Of a stretch of 64,000 bases of DNA, positions 40,039 through 49,480 are shown piece by piece. The number at the start of each line of letters is the position of its first letter. Position 1 is the stretch's first letter. Under the pieces are notes generated by a model. The model had not been told where the DNA came from, ran no database searches, and saw nothing but the letters and a program-made list of their open reading frames with translations. Origin of the DNA: an uncultured Gammaproteobacteria bacterium (GTDB taxonomy: Bacteria; Patescibacteriota; Microgenomatia; Daviesbacterales; UBA10151); the NCBI GenBank assembly GCA_964459095.1, contig CAYWKL010000001.1:21253-85252 (forward strand), written 5' to 3'. Made by a program: the position numbers and the translations under genes.

Positions 40039-40943
40039 CAGTTTGAAATTTTATTTTTGGCTTTTTGTACAAGCCTTTTGAGGAGATTTTTTGGAAGATT
40101 GCCATATTTAAACCAATAATCAATTTCCTTTTGCGCTTGCCTTTTTTCTAAATCCAAATCAGCTAGCGAAATCTCTTTCTCCTGGAACTTTTCATATTCC
40201 CACATTCTTAAATATAGAACAAAAAAAGAAAAAGCCTGAAGTACGCTTAAGGCTAGACCATGCAGCCCATCTTTGAAACCTTTATTTGCAAAAAAACGCC
40301 CTAAAAACTCAGAAGTGGGTTTTTTTATTAGATCTTTCCAGTCAAATTTATATCCTTCTTTTCTAAGCTCTTTTGCTTGGATTTCACTGTAACGGATCAT
40401 TCTTTGTAAGTACTGGCTAATTGAATTGTAGTGATAGTGGATTATTGCCCATCTTTCCTCTGGTGGTACTTTTACACCCTGGCCTTCTACTTTTGGTTTA
40501 CTATGTATTTTGTTCCCCCAAAAACTTCTGCCTTTTCTAAAAAAACGTATTTGATAGTCTGGCCACCACAAAGAAGCCTTCATCCATTTTCCGAAAATAA
40601 TGTTTTTTCTTGGTATCTCCAGGTAGTTTGATACTGTGTGTTTGTTTACAAAATCCTTTATATAATCTGCTAAGGAAGAAGGTATTTCCTCGTCTGCATC
40701 AACTATTAAAACCCACTCGTGAGATGCTTTTGAAATCACAAAATTTCTTGCTGGCTCAACATATCCTATTCTCTTGTGAAAAATAACTATCGCTCCTAAT
40801 TTTTTTGCAATTACTGGGGTATCATCATCAGAGTGCATATCACAAACTACAATCTCATCTACCCAGCTTAGTGAGTTAATCACCCTCTCGATAGTTTTTT
40901 CTTCATTAAAAGTATTTATTACAGCAGTAATTTTTCCATTCAT
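40038..40943 (-). CDS. GT2 glycosyltransferase (WaaE/KdtX-like)
   Basis: TFNEE, DMHSDD, VDADEE, WWPDYQIRFF, GFKDGLHG. Confidence 0.85.
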   Translation of the reverse strand: MNGKITAVINTFNEEKTIERVINSLSWVDEIVVCDMHSDDDTPVIAKKLGAIVIFHKRIGYVEPARNFVISKASHEWVLIVDADEEIPSSLADYIKDFVNKHTVSNYLEIPRKNIIFGKWMKASLWWPDYQIRFFRKGRSFWGNKIHSKPKVEGQGVKVPPEERWAIIHYHYNSISQYLQRMIRYSEIQAKELRKEGYKFDWKDLIKKPTSEFLGRFFANKGFKDGLHGLALSVLQAFSFFVLYLRMWEYEKFQEKEISLADLDLEKRQAQKEIDYWFKYGNLPKNLLKRLVQKAKNKISN

Positions 40944-40965
40944 GATATTTCTACTATACTAAAAT

Positions 40966-42582
40966 TTAGTTCATCTTGAAAATTAATTTCTCTTCACCTA
41001 GTGGATTTGATATCGCTTGATATCCCTCTAATTTATCTTTATCAGTATTTGAAGTAATAAAAAGTGACTTTCCTTCTAGATTTTTGGCAAAATCTTCAAA
41101 ATCTTGGGCAGGTAAATTACCTATATAAACATTATCAAATTTTTTAAATTCTTTATTTAACAATTTGTTTCTTTTTTTATTTTGGGAAATAATTTTTTCA
41201 GGTTTTTGATCTGCAAAAAGAGGGTAAGCATATTCAATATTATCTATCTTGTCAGATAGTATTACAAAATCAAACTTTTTTTTATTAATGTTTGCAAATT
41301 CTGAAGCTTTCTTTGCAGAATATGACCAAAAGTCGCCGTATAGATTTGGTGACAAAAAGAAAAGTTTTTCTATAAAGAAAATAAGTTGCATTCCAATAAG
41401 AAAAATCAAGCAAAAACCAATTACTTTTCCCCATTTTAAAGAAAATAGATAAATAAATCCTGAACCTGAAGCTAAAATTAGCGGCGGGAGCATAAAAGAA
41501 CTTCTTAAGAAATGAGTTACACCCAAAAAAGCGGTTGGCACAGGTGAAATTAGAATCCAGAAAAAATTTAAGAAAAATATTTTTTTACTCTTTTTGAATA
41601 AAAAGATTAAACCAAAAAAAAGAGCAATAATTTGGGAAAAATATATTGCTCCAAAATTTGCCATATTATGACGAGGGTTTCCATCACCGCTAAAAATAAG
41701 AAATTGTGGCGAAAAATTTTCAAAATATGATTTTAAAAATAGCACAAAATATTCATTAGCTTTGTTGTGAAAAATTGATGAAATTTCTCTTGGTAATGAG
41801 CTCAACGATCTTTCTTCATTGATTTTTTGAATTACAAATGTATTTTTTTCTGGATCCGAAAAAATGTTTAACTTTGAAAATCTTTCCTCAGATCCCAGAT
41901 AAATAGTTTGATAAAAAGAGGCAAAAGCAAAAGACCCTAATATCAACACAGCAAAAATTACCTGCAACTTAACTTTTAAAAGATTTGAAATCTTATTTGT
42001 AAAAAGAACCAATGTAGGGATGAATAAAAAAAGAGTTAATTTATAAGTTGGATAAGTATGAATAGCAAATCCAAAAAGAAGGGCAGAGAGTGGATAATAC
42101 CAACCATTTTCTTTTCCTTTAAGGTACAGGAAAACTCCAAGTACTGATAAAAATAAGGCAAAGTGAGCTTCAAATCCTGCTCTACTTAAAGATATGTCCC
42201 AGGTTGAAATAGCCATTAGGGAGGCTGCAAAAAGACCGGCTTTTTCAGAAATCAACTTTTTGCCAATTAAAAAAATTAGAAGTACTAAAAGGACCCCAGA
42301 CAATGCTGACAGGCTTCGTACACCTAAGGTACTATCTTGAAAAAAAGCAACAAAAGGGATTGATGCATAGACATATACTGGGGGTCTACCACCTCCCATT
42401 GAAAAAAATAGTGGAAAACTTTGGCCTGTTTGATCTTTTCCTGTTTGGTAAAGAGATTTTGCATCCAATACTATAGTCAACTCATCTCCATAAAGTGCGG
42501 GTGGATTGTTGGAAAGATCAATAAATCTTAAAAAAAAGCTAAAAAGTAAAATTAAAGCAAGCAGTATTGTTGTTTTTTTCAT
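40966..42582 (-). CDS. ArnT/PMT-like GT-C glycosyltransferase
   Basis: PPALYGDE, TGKDQTG, RPPVYVY, SRAGFE, FSGDGNPRH, HFLR. Confidence 0.85.
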   Translation of the reverse strand: MKKTTILLALILLFSFFLRFIDLSNNPPALYGDELTIVLDAKSLYQTGKDQTGQSFPLFFSMGGGRPPVYVYASIPFVAFFQDSTLGVRSLSALSGVLLVLLIFLIGKKLISEKAGLFAASLMAISTWDISLSRAGFEAHFALFLSVLGVFLYLKGKENGWYYPLSALLFGFAIHTYPTYKLTLFLFIPTLVLFTNKISNLLKVKLQVIFAVLILGSFAFASFYQTIYLGSEERFSKLNIFSDPEKNTFVIQKINEERSLSSLPREISSIFHNKANEYFVLFLKSYFENFSPQFLIFSGDGNPRHNMANFGAIYFSQIIALFFGLIFLFKKSKKIFFLNFFWILISPVPTAFLGVTHFLRSSFMLPPLILASGSGFIYLFSLKWGKVIGFCLIFLIGMQLIFFIEKLFFLSPNLYGDFWSYSAKKASEFANINKKKFDFVILSDKIDNIEYAYPLFADQKPEKIISQNKKRNKLLNKEFKKFDNVYIGNLPAQDFEDFAKNLEGKSLFITSNTDKDKLEGYQAISNPLGEEKLIFKMN

Positions 42583-44567
42583 ATTTTATAAATTCTTATT
42601 CCTCCTTCATCATAAATCAGCTCAAAACTTTTTGGTACGTTTAAAAGTTCTTGATCGGGTTCTAAATATAAATATCTAGCAGAATATTTCTCGGCAAAGT
42701 TTTCTAGCTTTTTTCCGGTATCATCCTTAAAGGCCTCTTCTCTAATTCTTAATAAGTCATCTATTCTGTACCCCATTATTTTGACCTGTTCCTCATCCGA
42801 TAAAAGTGTCTTTCTTCCTGAAAATGCAGAAACATAACCGGTGTCGTACCAATTGTATATTGGTTTCGGGGGATAAGTTTTAGATCCTTTATATTTATCA
42901 AAAGGAACTGTAAGAATAATATCAGAAGGATTAGAAACCTTATTCAAAAAGGTAAGAGCATCTAAAGATTCATAGGTTATTTTTGAAAGAGGTTGATTTG
43001 TATAAAATTGCAATAATAATCCAACTTGCGTAGGAATAGAAAGTATTATTATAAAAAATGAAATGACTATTTTTAATAATTTGTGCCTTAGGGCTTTTAT
43101 GAGATCTGCTACTGTAATCGCTGCAAGAAAACCGAAAAGCAAAAGAAAGTACTGGTTAAATTGAATTGTATTCCAGGCAACTCCCTTTTGTAGAAAAAAC
43201 ACAGGAATAAAGAAAGAGAGCGTTGTTATAATAATAAAAAATAAATTAAAAAAATCTTTATATATTTTTTTGGAGGTAAGTTTAAAGTAGGTAAAAAATC
43301 CTATAAACCTCATGCCTAAATTGCCAAAAAGGAAAATCAAAAATGCAGTTGCTTCAACTTGAATAACTCTTTTCCAGTTATTTTCTGCTATGTATGTTTG
43401 TCTTCTAAGTTCAAGATCTAACCAATTTAACCGGTCAGGAGCAACCACCATTGTTCTTATAAACCACCATGGCTCATACACTAAAAATTCCTTAGAATTT
43501 TTGCTATTTGGCAAATAAATAAGCATTGAAAAAATCAACGTATACAAAAAAATAATTGAAATCTGGAGCTTTCTTTTTATGATCAATTCAAATAGTCCTG
43601 TTGCTAAAAGCCCCCCTAAAATTAAAAGACCAGCATAAATTTTAAATTCAATTATTATTGCACCAAAAAAAATGCTAAGCCAAAAATATGTTTTGTTTCT
43701 TTCTTTAATAAAATTAAAAAAGGAGATTAAAAAGGCAATTAGAATAATAAATGCTGACGCGTGAGGAGGATTTCCTAACACAGAATGAGTTTGGGAAACC
43801 CAAAAAATAGTTTCACCTGAAAGGTTATGATTTTGTGGGATTGTAAGTAAGTAACCAAAACTTCCTACAAAAAATACAAAAAACATCGACCAAAGGCCAG
43901 CAATTTTACTTCCAGACCACTTTCTAACAAGTAAATAGCTTGAAAGACCAAGAAGAAGAGAAAAAACAACAGGCATTAATCTAAAATAGATATCTAAATT
44001 AGAAAATTTATAAAGTCTGCTCATCTCTGACATTAATAAATCTGAAAAAAAATGATAATTTTGTAGAGGCTTTCCTAAATATTCAGGATTTTTAAAAGGG
44101 AAGTCTCCCCTTTTTAATTCTTCCATTAAACTTAAATGCCAAACACCATCATGGCCGTGTGAGCTGTAAAAATAAATCCCATCTTCATATTTCATACCTG
44201 AAGGAGCATTAACAGCAACCTGAAAAATTATTCCTAGGATCAGTAGAGTAAAGAAAAATTTATTATTCTTTATCCATCCTCTCAGCAATTCAAAATCAAG
44301 CTTATTTAAGGATTTAATCAAAACTAGCAAACCTAAGACCGGAATCAGCCAAATAAGAAATTTTAAATAAAGAAATGTTAAAACGTATGCACTGATTGTA
44401 AAAAAAGCAATTCCAAAAATGCTCGCTATAGTAAAGTCCTCCAAAAATCCTCTTGAGCGATAATTAATTAATCTAAGAATCACATAAGATGGAAGGGTAA
44501 AAGAGATAAGTGAAACAGTTAGAAATAAAAATAGAAGTAAAAACTGAATCAAAATATTTTCAATCAT
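42579..44567 (-). CDS. GT-C membrane glycosyltransferase with STT3/AglB-like C-terminal domain (candidate oligosaccharyltransferase)
   Basis: HGHDGVWH loop, NYHFFSD, many TMs, then DALTFL...IILT...NWYDTGYVSAFSGRKTLLSD...KYSARYLYL. Confidence 0.6.
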   Translation of the reverse strand: MIENILIQFLLLFLFLTVSLISFTLPSYVILRLINYRSRGFLEDFTIASIFGIAFFTISAYVLTFLYLKFLIWLIPVLGLLVLIKSLNKLDFELLRGWIKNNKFFFTLLILGIIFQVAVNAPSGMKYEDGIYFYSSHGHDGVWHLSLMEELKRGDFPFKNPEYLGKPLQNYHFFSDLLMSEMSRLYKFSNLDIYFRLMPVVFSLLLGLSSYLLVRKWSGSKIAGLWSMFFVFFVGSFGYLLTIPQNHNLSGETIFWVSQTHSVLGNPPHASAFIILIAFLISFFNFIKERNKTYFWLSIFFGAIIIEFKIYAGLLILGGLLATGLFELIIKRKLQISIIFLYTLIFSMLIYLPNSKNSKEFLVYEPWWFIRTMVVAPDRLNWLDLELRRQTYIAENNWKRVIQVEATAFLIFLFGNLGMRFIGFFTYFKLTSKKIYKDFFNLFFIIITTLSFFIPVFFLQKGVAWNTIQFNQYFLLLFGFLAAITVADLIKALRHKLLKIVISFFIIILSIPTQVGLLLQFYTNQPLSKITYESLDALTFLNKVSNPSDIILTVPFDKYKGSKTYPPKPIYNWYDTGYVSAFSGRKTLLSDEEQVKIMGYRIDDLLRIREEAFKDDTGKKLENFAEKYSARYLYLEPDQELLNVPKSFELIYDEGGIRIYKI

Positions 44568-47500
44568 TTCTTTTCGAATAAATAATTACATCTTCGTTTT
44601 CAAAAAGAACTTTGTAATTTTCTCCATCTAGAAAACTGTTGTAAAACTTAGGGATATAAATATACTCAATTCCATTGTCAGTAAGAAACGATTTTGCTTC
44701 TCCTTTTGATGCAAAAAATTCTTTTGACTGAATTCTTCTTTTTTTATAATCAATTCCTAAAATCTCATTTTGAACTTCATCTTCCAAAAAAACTGGTTTT
44801 TCAGAAAAAGCTGAAACATATGAAGAGGTATCATATGCGAAAAGGGGCAGCGGGTCAGACAATTTTATTTTCGTAGAAGATTCATAAGGATATGTTAAGA
44901 CAATTCCTTTTTCTTGTTCCTGTAAAAAATCTAACCCTTTAAGTTCACCACTGCTAATATAGGTATGCGGCAGAGGATATAAATAACCTTTTGCAACAGC
45001 TACAGAATTTATTGGTGCTAATATTAGTATGAATCCTAAAAGTAATATATTTAATATTGAAGGTAATTTTAGATAAATAAATGCAACAAAAATCCCTGCA
45101 TAAATGGCAGAGAAATAAAGAAAATAATAAAAAAATTGAATTGTATTCCAAGGAGTTCCTATTTGTATAAAAAGAAGAGGTAAAATAAAAGAAAAAATTA
45201 AAATACAGAAAGTTAAAAATACCAAACTATTTTTTAAATACTTAAGATAAAGTAAACCTATCAAAACAAAAAATCTTACCCCTAGGTTTCCTATAAAAAA
45301 TAAAAATACACCTAAGGATTCAACTAAAAAAAACTTAAACATCTCTCCTCTTTGCAGATACGCAGATCTTGCTCCAGACAATCTTATCCAACCAATTCTG
45401 TCAGGGGTATCAATCATTGTATGAACAAGCCATAAAGGAGCAAATAAAAAGTTTTGAGAAATTTTAAAATTAGGAATAAAAATTCCAAGTGACAAAATCG
45501 AACCCAAAAGTAAAACAAATATCAAATATATTTTTTTTCTAAAGAATTGAAAAATCATTAAAATAAAAACGGATATAAAAATGAGAATCGATGAATAAGC
45601 TTTAAAACCAATTAGCCCCCCCAAAAGCATTCCGCTAACAGCTATCATCCCCCACTGTCTAGTATTTAACTTGCTTATTAGGAGCAAACTGGCAATAACT
45701 AAAATGAATGAGATCGCAAAAGGCGGATTTAAATTAAAAGATATCGATTGATTTGCCCAAAAAGAAGATTCTCCAGATAAAACTCTTTCTTTTATCCAAG
45801 TTACAACCCACCCAAAACTACCTGCAAAATATACAAAGTAAAGTGGAATTAAATATAAGGAAATGGTGTTTTTAATTTTCTCAAATTTTAGGGGTAAATT
45901 ACTTATAAAACTTACTACACCTAATCCCAAAAGAATTGAGAATAAAATAGGAAAGAATCTAAAAACTAAATCCTCTGTTGAAATGAAACTCAAACTGGAC
46001 GTAGTTGCTATTAAAAGATCATATAAATAATGATAGTTTTTTAGAACTTCACCAGAAAAAACGGGATTTTCTGGGGGTAGGCCATTTTTTATTTGATTTG
46101 CTAGTGCAACATGCCATACTCCATCATGACCATTAGGTCCCCAAAAACCCATTCCATAAATAAATGAAAGACCACTTTTAAAGGTGGGCATCACTTGGAA
46201 TATTGTTCCTAAAATTATTAAACCTAATATATATAAATTAGGCATTTTTAGGTTAAATTTATACTTTCCCTTATAAATAATACTTAAAATTAAAAACACC
46301 AAAATATAAAAAAAGAGGAGAAGGTTAAGTTTAAAAAAGCCAGCTATATAAGAGACTAATGTTAAACTCGTTAGTCCAATTACAGTTGATAAGAATACTT
46401 CTTCAACTAAAGTATTGTAGATTTTTGAAATGAACTTTCTAACTATGAAAAGTCCTGGAATAAAAATCCCAATAATAAAAAAGATTGTGAATTTAAGTGA
46501 GTTTAAAATTGCTTGAAGTGGTTTCCAAAGTAATTGCGTATCTAAAACATTTGAATTTTGTTTAGGCTCCAGAGTATTTTTTAAGGCATTTAAAATGACT
46601 CCATCAATTGAAGAAATTTGTTTATCAATGGAAATATCACGAGTCATAAAAGCAATCTCTCTATTATTCCCTGCCTGATTTTTATACGATATTAAAAAGT
46701 CACTGTTAATCCTTTTGTAATTTAAATCACTTATCTTACCTTCATCTATAACTAATTTTTGCCCAAAACTTACTTCATCTAAAACTCTTGTTGCAGATGT
46801 TGCAAAATTTAGTGTCTCACAACTGTGTTTAAAACAAAGTTCTTCTTGATTGTCCAAATATTGTCTAACATCTCTCAAAATTGAACCATCTCTTCCATAA
46901 AACCAGGCAGCTCTATAAAAAACATCCATAAACCAGACAGATTTATTTTCAGTTCCTAGTGGATCATTTGAAACAATTATTTGTTCAGGGGATAGATTTG
47001 GAAAAGTTTTTTTGTAAATTTCAGAGAATTCGCTCATGGTAAGAAAGGTTAGCTTTCTTTTTTTTCGATCTTGATCCAAAACGTCCATTTGCTTCGTATA
47101 CTCCCCTTTATACTTATTCCATGAATATGAATTCTCAAGCCCTACAACTATTTGATTAACCTGATTATATTGTTGATCTAGATATAGACTTGTTATTTTT
47201 TTAAAATAATTAATATCTAAATCATGAAAATCTATATAATCATTTGGTTGAACGCTTAAAGTACTCTCTTCAACTGCTTTTCCATAACCATTCACTGGAT
47301 CCCTTGGGGCCCATTGAGTTATTACAACTGGAATTTTATTTTCTAATGTTTGAGCCGGCAAAAGAGTATGAGTCTTTTGAGGGTAATAAGGATAACCAAA
47401 ATATTGGCCCCAAATTTGATAATTATCAGTTGAGTATTGATCTGAAACTATTAAGGCAGCGCTGATACCGTATTTTTCGTACATGTAATTCAAGGAAAAA

Positions 47501-47982
47501 CTGTCTATAAACCATGCCCCAACTGATTTCGGATAATCACCAAATGTATCTTTGAATTTACTAAAGGAGGCATCTATTAATTTAACTCTATCTTCCTTTG
47601 AATAACCTGTTAAAAATACACTTCCTGCCCAATGCCAATTCCCGGATTCGTTGTATTTGATATTAGCAAGACTAGCAAACTGTGGAGTTACTTCCAGAAA
47701 TACTCCCTTTTCATAACTCCTTTCGTTTTTTAGTAAATTTATTATTTTTGCATTTGTAAAAACATCAGGCCTTATCAAAAATGTTGCAGGAATATTTCTC
47801 TTTTTTAACTCATCAAGCTCTCCTTTAACTGCATCTTCGGGTTTTTGATCTTTAGGATCCCAAAAATCTGCTCCTCTTACGGGATTTACTACAGTAACAT
47901 AGGAGTTAGAAGCTGCAAGAATCTTATTGGGGTAAAGAAGAGTTACTACTAAAGTTAAAACAAATAAAGTTATTTTAAACAT
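44560..47982 (-). CDS. Fusion: exported NodB/GH57-like (DUF3863-related) domain + HDGVWH-type GT-C + STT3-like tail
   Basis: 1140 aa; N-half homologous to 13946..15967 (YPKSVGAWFID, DQYSTDNYQIWGQ), C-half homologous to 42579..44567 (GHDGVWH, NYHYLYD, WNTIQF, YVSAFS). Confidence 0.7.
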   Translation of the reverse strand: MFKITLFVLTLVVTLLYPNKILAASNSYVTVVNPVRGADFWDPKDQKPEDAVKGELDELKKRNIPATFLIRPDVFTNAKIINLLKNERSYEKGVFLEVTPQFASLANIKYNESGNWHWAGSVFLTGYSKEDRVKLIDASFSKFKDTFGDYPKSVGAWFIDSFSLNYMYEKYGISAALIVSDQYSTDNYQIWGQYFGYPYYPQKTHTLLPAQTLENKIPVVITQWAPRDPVNGYGKAVEESTLSVQPNDYIDFHDLDINYFKKITSLYLDQQYNQVNQIVVGLENSYSWNKYKGEYTKQMDVLDQDRKKRKLTFLTMSEFSEIYKKTFPNLSPEQIIVSNDPLGTENKSVWFMDVFYRAAWFYGRDGSILRDVRQYLDNQEELCFKHSCETLNFATSATRVLDEVSFGQKLVIDEGKISDLNYKRINSDFLISYKNQAGNNREIAFMTRDISIDKQISSIDGVILNALKNTLEPKQNSNVLDTQLLWKPLQAILNSLKFTIFFIIGIFIPGLFIVRKFISKIYNTLVEEVFLSTVIGLTSLTLVSYIAGFFKLNLLLFFYILVFLILSIIYKGKYKFNLKMPNLYILGLIILGTIFQVMPTFKSGLSFIYGMGFWGPNGHDGVWHVALANQIKNGLPPENPVFSGEVLKNYHYLYDLLIATTSSLSFISTEDLVFRFFPILFSILLGLGVVSFISNLPLKFEKIKNTISLYLIPLYFVYFAGSFGWVVTWIKERVLSGESSFWANQSISFNLNPPFAISFILVIASLLLISKLNTRQWGMIAVSGMLLGGLIGFKAYSSILIFISVFILMIFQFFRKKIYLIFVLLLGSILSLGIFIPNFKISQNFLFAPLWLVHTMIDTPDRIGWIRLSGARSAYLQRGEMFKFFLVESLGVFLFFIGNLGVRFFVLIGLLYLKYLKNSLVFLTFCILIFSFILPLLFIQIGTPWNTIQFFYYFLYFSAIYAGIFVAFIYLKLPSILNILLLGFILILAPINSVAVAKGYLYPLPHTYISSGELKGLDFLQEQEKGIVLTYPYESSTKIKLSDPLPLFAYDTSSYVSAFSEKPVFLEDEVQNEILGIDYKKRRIQSKEFFASKGEAKSFLTDNGIEYIYIPKFYNSFLDGENYKVLFENEDVIIYSKRND

Positions 47983-49453
47983 TTCTTAGAGATTTTATAT
48001 CGTTTTTGATTTTGTCTTTTCCAAAAATAAAGATCAATGTAAAATAACAGCTCACCCCTATAAATATTGCCAGTATTAACGAAAAAACCTCTCTTACAAA
48101 GAAAATTGAAAATGTATAAACCAATATTGCCATGAGCAGTGAGGAAATTGTGGGGAGTGCAACAGCCTCTAAAACTTTTATAGCTAAGACTTTTTTGACA
48201 TAAATAATCGTTAGTACAGAGCTGAAAGAAATTACAAATGAGGAAACTGCCACCCCTTGAAAACCTATTACTAAACTAAGTATTGGTGTCAGTATAAAAG
48301 TAAGAACAGTCCACATTACCATTAACTTCAAAGTAATTTTTATTTGCCCTATTGCATTAAGGGTATTTGTAAATGTTGTAGAAATTACAGCCCAATAAGT
48401 CGAGAATGCAAAAAGGTAAAAACTAAAAACAGCGGGTTTCCATTTATCAGAAACAACAAATTCAACTAAAGATGGTAGAATTGCTCCAATCCCAAAAAGA
48501 ACTGGATAAACTAAAAGCGAAGTTATAAAAAGTGATTTTTCAACTAATTTAGATAAATTTTCTTTGTCTTCTTGCAGTCTTGAAAAAGCAGGAAAAGTAA
48601 TTCTTATAACAACATTCATTATTTCAAGAGGTAAAAGTGCCAGTGATTGGGACCATGTAACATATCCAACACCGGATGTTCCTATTATCTTTGCTACAAC
48701 TAGTGGGACAAGACGGTCCTTTGCTAGAGCCAACAAAGTATTTAGCTGGAAAGGCACCCCAAAAGATAAAAGTCTTTTTGCTGAAATTTTATCAACACCT
48801 ATGCCGATTTTAACCGGGGCAACTATATATATTGCTAATACTCCTAAAAATGATCTGGAAAAGGAAGCAATTGTAAAACTCCAAAGATCAAAATTTAAAA
48901 AAACTAAAGCAATCAATAGTCCGTTAAAAACAAATGTTTCAAGAATTTCCACCCCAACAAGAGGTTTAAAATTTAAATTACGCTCAAGCATTACTGAGGG
49001 TATAACTTTAAGAGAAGTTAAAAAAAAGCAGATCCCAAGTACTCTTACCAACCACACCCCATTTTCATCTAAACCATAAAATGACGAAAGAAGTGGGGCT
49101 AAAACAACAATAATAACACTTAGTGCACTAACAAGAGTTTGTTGAATTGTAAAGGTTGTTTTTATATCCTGATGAGTTATCTCATCTTTTTTTTGTATTA
49201 AGGAAGCTCCTAAACCTACATCAGAAAAGAAAGCAAAAAAAGAAATGACTGCAGTAGCTATATTAAAAACTCCTAATGTATCAACAGGTAAAACTCGAGC
49301 AAGGATTATATTTATTGTCAAAAACCCTATTGCTCGAAGAGCAATTTGTCTTGCTGTGAGAGTAATGAAGGAAGATTTTATTCTTCCTTTAATCTCAGAA
49401 AGACTTAAATAAGCAGAGCTTTTCTTAGAATAAGCAGAACTGGATAAATCCAT
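47975..49453 (-). CDS. WzxC-like oligosaccharide flippase (MOP superfamily)
   Basis: ILARVL, DVGLGASLIQKK, FPAFSRLQ, KWKPAV; 12-14 TM. Confidence 0.85.
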   Translation of the reverse strand: MDLSSSAYSKKSSAYLSLSEIKGRIKSSFITLTARQIALRAIGFLTINIILARVLPVDTLGVFNIATAVISFFAFFSDVGLGASLIQKKDEITHQDIKTTFTIQQTLVSALSVIIVVLAPLLSSFYGLDENGVWLVRVLGICFFLTSLKVIPSVMLERNLNFKPLVGVEILETFVFNGLLIALVFLNFDLWSFTIASFSRSFLGVLAIYIVAPVKIGIGVDKISAKRLLSFGVPFQLNTLLALAKDRLVPLVVAKIIGTSGVGYVTWSQSLALLPLEIMNVVIRITFPAFSRLQEDKENLSKLVEKSLFITSLLVYPVLFGIGAILPSLVEFVVSDKWKPAVFSFYLFAFSTYWAVISTTFTNTLNAIGQIKITLKLMVMWTVLTFILTPILSLVIGFQGVAVSSFVISFSSVLTIIYVKKVLAIKVLEAVALPTISSLLMAILVYTFSIFFVREVFSLILAIFIGVSCYFTLIFIFGKDKIKNDIKSLRNV

Positions 49454-49459
49454 AAGTTA

Positions 49460-49468
49460 ATTTTAACA
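49460..49468 (-). promoter_or_regulatory. Extended -10 promoter (TGtTAAAAT), probably leaderless
   Basis: Minus strand TGTTAAAAT at 49468-49460, 6 nt before ATG 49453. Confidence 0.6.
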
Positions 49469-49480
49469 AAGAAGCTTAGT

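Noticed and set aside
20166-40943. LPS core/lipid A modification pathway suggested by WaaE-like and ArnT-like labels
   Set aside because: Labels reflect family similarity only; no lipid A, Kdo or heptose genes are in the window.
48564-49079. 171-aa plus-strand ORF and the many other 60-107 aa ORFs nested in larger genes
   Set aside because: Fully overlapped by well-supported genes; no independent coding signal.
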